A stretch of DNA of 64,000 nucleotides, taken from positions 41,664,001 through 41,728,000 of the forward strand of contig NC_043015.1 in the NCBI RefSeq assembly GCF_006345805.1. Direction: 5' to 3'. The stretch is from Octopus sinensis. Lineage: Eukaryota. Within the stretch, counting starts at the first letter, position 1; every line of letters begins with the position of its first letter. Of this stretch, positions 40,270 to 51,843 are shown one piece after another. A program made the translations under genes and the position numbers. The notes below the pieces were generated by a model that was not told the origin of the DNA, ran no database searches, and saw only the letters and a list, made by a program, of their open reading frames with translations.

Positions 40270-40619
40270 TGATCACGTGACCGACCACGCTATCAGATGT
40301 TGCTACACATCCCTGGTCACAATGCGCTTCGCATTGTTTTAGCCTTCAAATGAGGCCACCCCGCTGGCTAAACGAGAAGGCCAACAGAAGAAAGAGTGAG
40401 AGAAAGTTGTGGTGAAAGAGTACAGCAGGGATCACCACCACCCCCTGCCGAAGCCTTGTGCAGCTTTAGGTGTTTTCGCTCAATAAACACTCACAACGCC
40501 CGGTCTGAGAATCGAAACCGCGATCCTACGACCGTGAGTCTGCTGTCCTAACCACTGGGCCATTGTACCTCCATATATATATATATATATATATAAGAAT
40601 TTTTTGTGTAATGAGATAA

Positions 40620-41200
40620 AAATCCAAGGCTGCGAAAGATTTCAGAACATTTATAGATAGAAGGTCTTACAGCTGTTTCTAGGATATTTATTAATTATAT
40701 CCCTTCATCAGAGACAGTGTGAGAGGATGGTTAAGTAATAGTTAATTTAAATAAGATACGAAATAGAGAGTGAAGTGGAGGAAAGAAAATAGATGCAAGA
40801 TATGTAGGGATACTGAATTTGTAGATCCATTTTTAAGGCAGGATGGTATACATGTAAGATTCCAATACCTTATGAGAAAAATCCAACAGTATTTAAGACT
40901 GTTCATTCAAAGTATAGAGTTTATACACAATGTAAGATTCCAATATCTCATGAGTAAGATCCAATGGTATTTAAAATTGGTCATTCCAAGTACAGAATTT
41001 ATACACAGGCATATATATATATATAGGGAATATTCACAAAAAAAAAAAGATGAAGACAGGTGGTGTAGAAAACAAACAGATGTATTAGTATAACACTCAG
41101 GAATTGAAAAAGTCTTTAACGTTTCGAGCCTACGCTCTTCCACAGAAAGGAACACAGAAAGAAACAAGGAGAGAAAAAAATGTGTGTAGTGGCTACTGAT
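40620..41200 (-). mobile_element. Degenerate Penelope-like element remnant(s)
   Basis: Minus-strand peptide pieces ILESYIVYKLYTLN / VLESYMY..KWIY resemble the GIY-YIG C-terminus of PLEs; hammerhead motifs at both ends. Confidence 0.45.
40664..40715 (-). ncRNA. Minimal type I hammerhead motif with palindromic helix III (ACAGCUGU)
   Basis: GUCU-CUGAUGA-A-GGGAUA...UAUCCU-A-GAAA-CAGCUG-UA-AGAC. Confidence 0.7.
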
Positions 41201-41365
41201 CTATCATATACACAGACATAAATGTGTGTATCACTTAGGTATATATATATATATATATATTGATAGAAATGGTAAGACAACAAAATAATGAAAGAAACCT
41301 CGATATTATGTAAATAGAGGAATTTATCTGTAAATGTAATATGAGACAATTATTCGGTAGCCATA

Positions 41366-41424
41366 ATAAGACTCCGAGTTTCGGATGTCGGGATGGAAAC
41401 CCACGCCGGCATCTCTTCAGTTAT
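41366..41424 (-). ncRNA. Type I hammerhead motif (tandem unit 1)
   Basis: Minus strand: AUAA-CUGAAGA-long helix II (GAUGCCGG...CCGACAUC)-C-GAAA-CUC(g)GAG-UC-UUAU; GUC triplet. Confidence 0.75.
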
Positions 41425-41760
41425 CCGGCCATTGGAAAAAATGCTATGAAAATGACCGTTAAACAAAGGAAAATGACTGTGTGATTGACCGTTATTAAGA
41501 CAAAAGAGCTATTAGAATGACCGCTAAGTAAGGGGCGGGAGTAAAGGTAAGGGAGTAAAAATGTTCATAGTAATTGCGTAAGCATGCATGTCCCTACATA
41601 CACATGCGCAACCACACACCCACGTACATGTGCCTATATATATATATATATATATTGATAGAAATGGTAAGACAACAAAATAATGAAAGAAACCTCGATA
41701 TTATGTAAATAGAGGAATTTATCTGTAAATGTAATATGAGACAATTATTCGGTAGCCATA

Positions 41761-41819
41761 ATAAGACTCCGAGTTTCGGATGTCGGGATGGAAACCCACG
41801 CCGGCATCTCTTCAGTTAT
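41761..41819 (-). ncRNA. Type I hammerhead motif (tandem unit 2, identical)
   Basis: Same sequence as 41366-41424, 395 bp away. Confidence 0.75.
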
Positions 41820-42027
41820 CCGGCCATTGGAAAAAATGCTATGAAAATGACCGTTAAACAAAGGAAAATGACCGTGTGATTGACCGTTATTAAGACAAAA
41901 GAGCTATTAGAATGACCGCTAAGTAAGGGGCGGGAGTAAAGGTAAGGGAGTAAAAATGTTCATAGTAATTGCGTAAGCATGCATGTCCCTACATACACAT
42001 GCGCAACCACACACCCACGTACATGTG

Positions 42028-42060
<33 letters not shown>

Positions 42061-43689
42061 TCAATCACCCTCATTAGCACGTGCACACACACACACACAC
42101 ACGTGTCAAGCCAAGTGAAATGACAGTCAATGCCAACACCAGACTCATGCAAATGGCACTTGTGCCAGTGACACATAATAGCACACATTACACTCTCAGA
42201 GTGGTTGGCATTAGGAAGGGCATCCAGCCATAGAGACCAAACCAAATCAGACTGGATCCTGGAGCAGCTCCCCGGCTTACCAGTTTCAGTCAAACCATCC
42301 AACCCATGCCAGCATGGAAAGCAGACACTAAATGTTGATGTTGATGATGATGATGATTATCATCATCATTTAATGTCCGTTGCCTATGCTGGCATGGGTT
42401 GGACAGTTTGACCAGGGGCTGGCATGCTGGAAGGCAGCACCAGACTCCAGTCTGATTTGGCATGATTTTCTACAGCTGGATTCCCCTTCCTAATGCGCCA
42501 ACCCCTCCGAGAGTGTAACGGGTGCTATTATGTGCCACTGGCACGAGTGCCATTTGCACGACACCAATATATGCCATGATTACAATTTTGCTTGGTTTGA
42601 TGGGTCTTCTTCTCAAGCACAACATAATGCCAGAGGCCTCAGTCATTGCCTCTGTGAGGCCCAGAGCTTCTTTCAGTTTCCGTCTACCAAACCCATTCGC
42701 AAGGCTTTGGTGGGCCCGAGGTTATAGTGGAAGACACTTGCTCAAGGTGCCACACAGTGGGACTGAACCAGAAAACCACATGACTGCAGATGAAAAAAAA
42801 TAAATGCACTAAAAATCTAGGTTGTCTTCCGAATGTAGGTGAACTTAGGTGAAACCCATCCTTTCTTGATTAAAGGTGTCTTTTTGTTAACTTACCTGGG
42901 AAGGAATAAGTGTATGAGAGGAGGGTGGAGCAGAGTGCTGTGGAGTAGCATTGCAATGAGGGGAAGGGAGGGGAGGAAAGAGGAAAGGGTGGTGGTGGTG
43001 TTGGGAGGGTCAGCGAGAGAAATATGGGTGGAATCAAAAGAAATTGTAAAGGTTTTTATTTTTTATTCCCTTCCTCAAATAAAAACAAAGAAATCAAAAC
43101 ATTCAAGATCTATACATAAGTATATATATGTATGTATATGTTTGTATATGTATGTATATATGTATGTAATGTATGTATGTATGTATGTATATGTATGTAT
43201 ATGTATGTATGTATATGTACGTATATGTATGTATATATGTATATGTATGTATATGTATGTATACGTACTTACACACACACATTTTATTTGTGAGTTACAC
43301 ACACACATACATATGCATATACATATATGTACATAGCATACATGTACATACATAATACATACATAATACATACATACAGATATATATACACACACACACA
43401 TATATATACACGTACATACATATAGACATGCACGTATACATGTACACACATACGTATGTACTCACGCACATATACATACATATATGTAGATTATATACAT
43501 TCACAGACACACACACATTCATACATACACTTACACTCACATACATAGGTATATCTCTACAGTGCAGGATATTATTGCCTGGAAGGACCTCCAGCCATGG
43601 ACTTCACACAAAGTCACTCAACAACCTTTTTATCTCTGGCCCTTTGGGAATGGCTCTATCAGAAGGACTACACTCCTCACACTATTACT

Positions 43690-44610
43690 ACTACTAAAAC
43701 CATCACCACAACAACCAACATCACTAAAACCACCACTGCTACTACAACTACAACTACTACCACCACCACCACCACCACTACTACTACTACTAATAATAAT
43801 AATAATACCACAACCACTACTACTACCACGACAATTACTACTACTACTACTACAACTACCACCACCACCACAACCTCTACTATTACTACCACCATGACTA
43901 CTACTACTACTACTGCTACTGCAACTGCTGCTATCACCACCACCACCACCACCACCGCCACTACTACCAGTAGTACAACCATTAGCTATTGCTGCTGCTG
44001 CTGATACTACTACTACTACTACAACTACAGCTGCTGCTCCTACTGTTTCTACCACTGATGTTGTTGTTGTTGTTGTGGCTTGCATCTCACCAAACTAGTT
44101 TCTACCAAAGAAAAAAACTGAGACATTTTGTGTTTTGGAAGGATTTCTTTACCCAGCGAAAATAAAAAATGCAAATAAAATAAAACGTAGCAAAGAACCA
44201 AACAAAATACAAAAAAAAAACAAAACAGAGGACAAATAAACCAGGAAAAAGGAAAAAAAAACAGAAAGAAAACCAAGACGGTGTCTGATGTCCTCCGTTC
44301 AAACACAGATGCCACCACCACCACCACCACCACCACCACCACCACCACCACCACCACCATCACCACCATTGCCACCATCATTACCACTACCACCACCACC
44401 ATAACCACCACCACCATTGCCACCACAACCACCACCACCACCACCAACACCACCACCACCACCACCACCACCACCACACCACCACCACCACCACCACCAC
44501 CACCACCACCACCACCATCACAACCATTGCCACTGCAACCACCATTATCACCACCACTGCCACCATAACTACCACCATTGCCACCATCGCCACCACCACC
44601 ACCACCTAGT
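43690..44610. repeat. (ACT/ACC)n and (CAC)n microsatellites
   Basis: Direct. Confidence 0.9.
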
Positions 44611-44859
44611 TTAGTAAATATATATATAAATATAAACATAAAAAAAACAAAGAAAAATGTTATTTCTTGACTTTTCTCGATTATTTCCAAACTAAAATCT
44701 AGATTTGCTCACCTATTTGCATTTCACTTATTCTCACCTCTGCAGCTGAAGGTGTGCAGGGGGAAGGAGGGGGGCAAAAGCAGTGGGGGTGGGGTTAGGT
44801 GGGTAGAGATTAGTTCAGTGGGAAAAATGGAACCGTGCTATATTACTATTATCCTTTGA

Positions 44860-45070
44860 AGGTGAATGGCTCAGTGGTTAGAGCGCCAGGCTCACAATCA
44901 TGAGGTACTGAGTTCGATTCCTAGACTTGGCAGTGTAGTTTTCTCGAGCAAGACACTTTATTTCATGTTGCTCCAGTTCACTCAGATGTAGAAATGAGAC
45001 GTTGTGGTGTCACTGTAATCAGCCCCTTTTGCCTTTCCCTTGGACAGCATCAGTGGCATGGAGAGTCTAC
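44860..45070 (+). mobile_element. Older tRNA-derived SINE (further family)
   Basis: A box ggctcagtggttagag, B box gagttcgattcc, then tcgagcaagacacttt. Confidence 0.7.
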
Positions 45071-45226
45071 AGATATATCAACGGATATGCTGATAGAGAG
45101 ATATATGAATAGATATACAAGTAGATATGTAGCTGAACTGAACTGAAAAGGAATGAAAATAATCTCAATTGGTAAATAACTTTGACTGTGCCTTGGTGTC
45201 AGTTGGACAACAAAAAGAGGAGTTTT

Positions 45227-45270
<44 letters not shown>

Positions 45271-45429
45271 GGGTGTGTGTGGTTGTGTATAGAAGAATAT
45301 ATTAATAAAAGGAATTCCAACCTTGTCTGATTTTCACGTTTTATTTACAATCTTATAATGATATAAGATAAGATAATATAATATAATAGAATAAAATAAA
45401 ATAGTAGAATGTTAAATGTTCATTCTGAT

Positions 45430-45474
45430 TGAACTAGTACTTTCATGCATTGAATTCTGCAATCTTCAGGTTCA
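45430..45474 (-). ncRNA. Minimal type I hammerhead motif with palindromic helix III (AGUACU)
   Basis: UGAAC-CUGAAGA-UUGCA(gaauucaa)UGCAU-GAAA-GUAC-UA-GUUCA; 5-bp helix I, U.U mismatch at base of helix II. Confidence 0.72.
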
Positions 45475-46059
45475 TGTAGTAGTGTTGACAGTTATGCTTC
45501 ACAATTTTTGACAGTCAAATATATATGTATATCAGGGGTTCAATTTCCAAATTGAGTGCTGCATTGTGTTCTTGAGCAAAGCACATCATTTCTCACTTTG
45601 CTCTGCAATCATTTCGACATCTGGCATGAGGCACCCATTACACCTGTACAGGTAATGTTGATCTGATGGAGGCAGTGAGCTTGAGTCTACACAAACATTT
45701 GATCACTACAAAAAAATCATCTGTGTTGTCTTTCATCCTCCTGGGGGTTGATAAAACAGTACCAGCTGAGCACTGGGGTTGATATAATTATAATCAATGA
45801 GCCACCCCGCACCCCACCCCACTGAACTTGCTGGCCTTGTGCCATAATTTGAAACCATTATTAATTGAAACAAAGGCAGTGTATGGCAACAGAAATATGG
45901 TAAGAAAAGGGTTAACCATTCTGACATCAACCTGCTTTAAGCTGCTCTTAGTCCTAGGGTTACGAAATTAATCCGTCCTTCAAAATTTCATATTATTCTT
46001 TTATTCTTCTACATGTTTCAGCCCTAAAGCTGTGACTATTTTCAAAATGCCACCTTAAT

Positions 46060-46525
46060 AATCCTGTCCGCTGTAGGCAAAAGGCTTGAAATTTGGGGGA
46101 GATGGCTAGTTCATTACATCAACCTCATTATTCAACTGGTACTTATTTTACTGACCCGGAAAGGATGAAAGGTAAAAATCGACCTCGGCAGAATTTGAAT
46201 TCAGAACATAGCAATGGGTGAAATACCTATTTCTTTACTACCCACAAGGGGCTAAACACAGAGAGGACAAACAAGGACAGACAAACGGATTAAGTCAATT
46301 ATATCGACCCCAGTGCGTAACTGGTACTTATTTAATCGACCCCGAAAGGATGAAAGGCAAAGTCGACCTCAGCGGAATTTGAACTCAGAATGTAGCGGCA
46401 GACAAAATACTGCTAAGCATTTCGCCCGGCGTGCTAACGATTCTGCCAGCTTGCCACCTTTATGGGCGAAATACTATCAAGCATTTCCTCCAGCATGCTA
46501 AATATTCTGCCAGCTTGCCGCCTTA
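46060..46525 (-). mobile_element. SINE-C dimer
   Basis: Head at about 46450 and junction gaaatacctatttcttt at 46220. Confidence 0.85.
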
Positions 46526-46734
46526 AAATGCCAGCTTAATAACGACAAAGTTATTTTACTAAATTCTACGAAATTTATTGAAACAAAAGCAGTGAATTTC
46601 AAAAGAAATATTGAAACAAAATTGTTTCCATGACAGTTGCAATTCTATTAATTATTCTAATTGGATCAGGTCGTTAACATATTTGGCGCTTGTTGCAACA
46701 TAACTGAAATGCAACCAAATAATGGAATTTATCA

Positions 46735-47130
46735 TGTACATAGGTGTCCATCAAAACTCCATCTTTAGCATCCTACTGTTTACCATAGTTCTTAAAGCAG
46801 TCAAAGAGGAATTTAAGACTGGTTTTTAAAGTAACCTTGGTTCTTCATACCAATGTCCTAGTTCTTATATCTGAATGTGTGGATGAAATTTGTGAAAAAT
46901 TCCTACCTTGGAAGCAAAGCTTAGAATTGAGAATTCCCTCAAGGCATTGATTGTCCTATGGTTATAAGCAGAAAAACCACATGGTCACGAGGCAAATTTC
47001 TTAACGCCTTGGCAATGCCATATATAAACTTGTGTAAACTTGTTGAAACAAACTTATAAACACTCTCAGTACAGTTGTCTTGGCAAAGTGCAGAGATTTT
47101 TAGGTAGCTTTGCATTCCTAGTTATCATAC
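46735..47130 (+). pseudogene. RTE reverse transcriptase remnant
   Basis: IGVHQNSIFSILLFTIVLKAVKEEFKTG...VLVLISECVDEICEKFLPWKQSLE, matching GVHQGS.LSPLLF...YADDLVLI (catalytic motif decayed). Confidence 0.75.
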
Positions 47131-47932
47131 ACTCAAAATTCTTGCAGCCACACATGTATTTCCTGGTATAATTAAAATTATTTATCATCTGTGTAGACTT
47201 CCATGCTGCCTATTCAATGTATATAGATGAACAAACTGATGCAATTTTGACAAATATATATATATATATACACACATCAACTGCTACACACAGCACACAC
47301 ACATCAAACTCACTCATGGAGTAATGTTAATATAATTAATTAACTGCAAAGATTCAACATGTTCACTTATACATTTATATACATATATATTATATATGTT
47401 TGTATGCTGGACCACTGAAATCTACAAGTTTTTTTCACTCTCTCTCTCTCTGTTTATTTTCTCATATTTTTTTCTGTCGAAGAGCATCGGCTCGAAATGT
47501 AAAAGGCTTTTTCATTTTCCCAAGCATCAAACCAATACACTTTCTTGTTTTTCTATAAATTTTAACTATATATATATATATAAATCATCATCATCATTAT
47601 CATCGTTTAACGTCCGCTTTCCATGCTAGCATGGGTTGGACGATTTAACTGAGGACTGGTGAACCAGATGGCTGCACCAGGCTCCAATCTTGACCTGGCA
47701 GAGTTTCTACAGCTGGATGCCCTTCCTAATGCCAACCACTCATGTGTATGTATATAATATATATATATATACATACACATGTTCCCTAAGGCTGTGGCCA
47801 AGCTGGGGCACTGCCAGTGGAAGAAGCATAACGTATTTGGTTGGTGGGGGTCTTATTAGGAATCGTACCCACATCTAACGAATGTCTAATGTGCTAACCA
47901 TTATACTATTGACCTTACATACATCTGATTTC

Positions 47933-48128
47933 TCAGGTACTGGAATTCATCATTGGCTTTTAGCACAATACAGGGACAGTACGCTGCCTCGTAGAAGTGT
48001 GTATAAGCTGATCGAGAAGTTTAAAAGTGGCTGGACATGCATGATGCAAAAAGGGGGAGCAGGACGCCTGTCGGCCACCACCACTGATGAGAATATTCGG
48101 CAAGCTCGAGAGATGGTAATGGTAAACC
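47933..48128 (+). pseudogene. Mariner transposase HTH fragment (inverted relative to the element 5' end)
   Basis: SGTGIHHWLLAQYRDSTLPRRSVYKLIEKFKSG...GAGRLSATTTDENIRQAREMVMVNR. Confidence 0.85.
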
Positions 48129-48146
48129 GGTTCACCATTACCATCT

Positions 48147-49290
48147 GGCAGAAACGTTAGCACGCTGGGCGAAATGTGAGGCCGTATTTCGTCTGCTGCT
48201 ATGTTCTGAGTTCAAATTCCGCCGAGGTCGACTTTGCCTTTCATCCTTTCGGGGTCGATAGATTAAGTACCAGTTACGCACTGGGGTCGATATAATCGAC
48301 TTAATCCGTTTGTCTGTCTTTGTTTCTCCCCTCTGTGTGTAGCCCCTTGTGGGTAGTAAAGAAATAGGTATTTCGTCTGCCGCTACGTTCTGAGTTCAAA
48401 TTCCGCCGAGGTTGACTTTGCCTTTCATCCTTTCGGGGTCGATAGATTAAGTACCAGTTACGCACTGGGGTCGTTATAATCGACTTAATCCGTTTGTCTG
48501 TCTTTGTTTGTCCCCTCTGTGTGTAGCCCCTTGTGGGTAGTAAAGAAATAGGTATTTCGTCTGCTGCTATGTTCTGAGTTCAAATTCCGCCGAGGTCGAC
48601 TTTGCCTTTCATCCTTTCGGGGTCGATAGATTAAGTACCAGTTACGCACTGGGGTCGATATAATCGACTTAATCCGTTTGTCTGTCTTTGTTTCTCCCCT
48701 CTGTGTGTAGCCCCTTGTGGGTAGTAAAGAAATAGGTATTTCATCTGCCGCTACGTTCTGAGTTCAAATTCCGCCGAGGTTGACTTTGCCTTTCATCCTT
48801 TCGGGGTCGATAGATTAAGTACCAGTTACGCACTGGGGTCGTTATAATCGACTTAATCCGTTTGTCTGTCTTTGTTTCTCCCCTCTGTGTGTAGCCCCTT
48901 GTGGGTAGTAAAGAAATAGGTATTTCGTCTGCTGCTACGTTCTGAGTTCAAATTCCGCCGAGGTTGACTTTGCCTTTCATCCTTTCGGGGTCGATAGATT
49001 AAGTACCAGTTACGCACTGGGGTCGATATAATCGACTTAATCCGTTTGTCTGTCTTTGTTTGTCCCCTCTGTGTGTAGCCCCTTGTGGGTAGTAAAGAAA
49101 TAGATATTTCGTCTGCCGCTACGTTCTGAGTTCAAATTCCGCCGAGGTCGACTTTGCCTTTCATCCTTTCGGGGTCGATAGATTAATTACCAGTTACGCA
49201 CTGGGGTCAATATAATCGACTTAATCCCTTTTTTCGGTCTTTGTTTGTCCCCTCTGTGTGTAGTCCCTTGTGAGTAGTAAAGAAATAGGT
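48147..49290 (+). mobile_element. SINE-C concatemer: one head plus six 184-bp body units, single TSD
   Basis: Units start at 48184, 48368, 48552, 48736, 48920, 49104; 18-bp duplication ggttcaccattaccatct at 48129-48146 and about 49289-49306. Confidence 0.92.
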
Positions 49291-49306
49291 TCACCATTAC
49301 CATCTT

Positions 49307-49524
49307 TCGGATCACTGTTCTTTGTTCCTCTTTGGTGCACACTGCCACTGGAGCAGCCATGCTTACACTGTAAAGCCAGAAAGAAAAATGGAGCGACCAC
49401 CCTTGAATTTCGATCACGTGACCACAATAGTACTAACTGTAAGCAAGCAGGTGCAGAAGGCGTTGCGACTATGATAAAGACATGTTATGGCGAAAGCGTG
49501 GATAATTTTTGACTTCCCCTCAGA
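49307..49524 (-). mobile_element. Mariner 5' end: TIR, UTR and transposase start
   Basis: Minus strand tgaggggaagtcaaaaattatcc (mariner-like TIR), then MAAPVAVCTKEEQRTVIR. Confidence 0.8.
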
Positions 49525-49863
49525 CATATATTTGCATACATATTCATATACACTCAGATTTAAGAACATGCACAAAATAATTACCATACACAAAACCCAA
49601 CATCAATACAGCAGATGTTATCTTTAAAATAGTGAGCTTATTCTAGTATATTTCTGTGTGTCTGTGAGTTAATTTATGTGAGAGAAATGGGGTTTACATG
49701 TCACACATAAATTAACATATATTAGGCGCTAGATACTTAATTAATATTTTTTTCATGATTATGTATCACTAAATAAACAAAAATTATACACATATAATGT
49801 GTGTGTTTTGTCTGTGTTTATGGGCATGTGAGACTGTGTATCTCGACGTTAGTGTATGTGTGG

Positions 49864-49897
<34 letters not shown>

Positions 49898-50267
49898 ACG
49901 TATGTTTTCTATTAAAAATTGGCACATTATTAATAAAAGAAGCACATATGTACTGTACGTACATATGGTTCAGTTCTGTTTCCTGTTTGCATTACCAAAC
50001 TTATATATATATATATGTATATATACTAACGGCGGTGCCCCAGCATGGCCACAGCTCGTGAGCTGAAACTAGATAAGATGAAAAATGAAATACATATATA
50101 TTTTCTATATATCTATTTTTATATTTATGTAGATGTACTTGCATAGCAAGTGATCTGATCTGAGATCGTATGCTGGAACGAAAACAATTGCAGCGTGGAA
50201 GGTGTTTATAAGCCATTTAAGAAACGCGCAAAAACCGTTAGATTCACTTCAACATTTAAATTTAATT

Positions 50268-50314
50268 TGTCAAAATATTTTCGTCGCTTTGAGACCGGGA
50301 CCTGTTCACTGACA
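50268..50314 (-). ncRNA. Minimal type I hammerhead motif with G3:C8 variant core
   Basis: UGUCA-GUGAACA-G-GUCCC(ggucucaaa)GCGAC-GAAA-AUAU-UU-UGACA; palindromic helix III AAUAUU. Confidence 0.62.
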
Positions 50315-50929
50315 CAATCCAAATGTTTTAAGTTTCTAATTTGATAATAGAGTTTTTTATAAGAAAAATTATTATTTCATTTATTTCTTAAAAATATTGT
50401 TTAACTCTATTTGCTTATTTATTTAACTATTATCATTAACCTGAAGACTGACTATAATTTTAATTCGAATTTTTAATTAAATTTAAACTTAATTGTAATT
50501 CGAATTGAATTATAGCCATGAAACGGTACATAGTGTTTTTACTTATTATATTATATTAAACTTTTTAATACTTTTTGGTTAGTATAAAAAAAATAAAAGT
50601 TTAAAAGTTTAAAAATTTATAAATTTAAAATTTAAAATATAAAAATTTATAAACATAAATTTTAAAATTTCAAATTTTAATAACTTAAATTTTAAATTTT
50701 ATATATATTTTGTATATTATATTAATTATATTTATTTTTTGTTTTTTATGTTTTGATTTATGTCTATCACTGTTTGAGTTGCCTAATAGTGGTTTTGTCT
50801 CTAATTAAATTTATATTTATACTGTGAAATTTGATTTAATCCTAAATCTAATTTTTCCCTGTAAGTTTGGATATACTCCCTAATATTATTATTATATATA
50901 TATATATATATATATACAAATATACATAC

Positions 50930-50966
<37 letters not shown>

Positions 50967-51843
50967 TATTTATATACACGTGTGTGTGTGTGTTTGTTTC
51001 CCACAACTGGTGTTGGTGTGTCTACATATATATATATACACATAAATTTTGAATGAGGAAAATAAGTGCACAACACTGCACTTATGGATATAATTTCAAT
51101 ATGTATATATATACAGAAAATATATATATATAAATAGATTCATATACATACATACACACACACACATATATATATACATATATGCACATATGTATATATA
51201 TTACATGTATATATATATATGTGTGTGTGTGTGTGTATGTATGTATATGTATTCATTTACTACAGTAGGTGCTTTAAAACTAGATGCTTTCACTTCCACC
51301 ACTTGCTAAGTACAAAACCATTCAACTGTGAAGCAGCCAGACAGACAGACAGAATAGGCAGGTATGTTAATGCGATATCTAACTGGTCTGTTATTTCAGG
51401 TAAGGTGAGAGAGAGAGAGAGAGAGAGTACACAGGTATCCTGTTTATTCAATATTATTAGCTTAAGGAAATGGTTAGGTCTACAGCTGAATCTCACCATG
51501 TTACATTTTAGGGGTCAAGTGTCTACTATTTAAGATTTAGGTTACCCCCAAAACGAGGTGAGGCATGCTGGAATGGAATACACCTGTAAAATGCAGGGCC
51601 AGCCTCGTCATATGCAGCACTGTGCTGAATTGCCTGGGGATTATGTTAATCCTTCTGTTGAAGCACTCAACTTTTGTTTTAATTAATTTTGAAAATAATG
51701 AAGAATTTAGTATAATGAGTTTGTTGTTAATTAAGATGGTGCTTGGTGTATAAATTAACATGAACTAATCAGTCCTACACAGATTTAATAGCTAAACAGA
51801 TTCTGAAACTAAACACCATGTCTAAACACATTCCTAAATAGAT

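Larger units (their letters stand above)
41261..42030. repeat. Tandem duplication, 395-bp unit x2, bounded by (TA)n
   Basis: tgatagaaatggtaagac at 41261 and 41656; only one substitution seen outside the microsatellite. Confidence 0.92.

Noticed and set aside
48184-49287. Regular repeat array considered as CRISPR-like
   Set aside because: Eukaryotic context; contiguous 184-bp SINE units without unique spacers; same for the 100-bp array at 37.9-38.6 kb.
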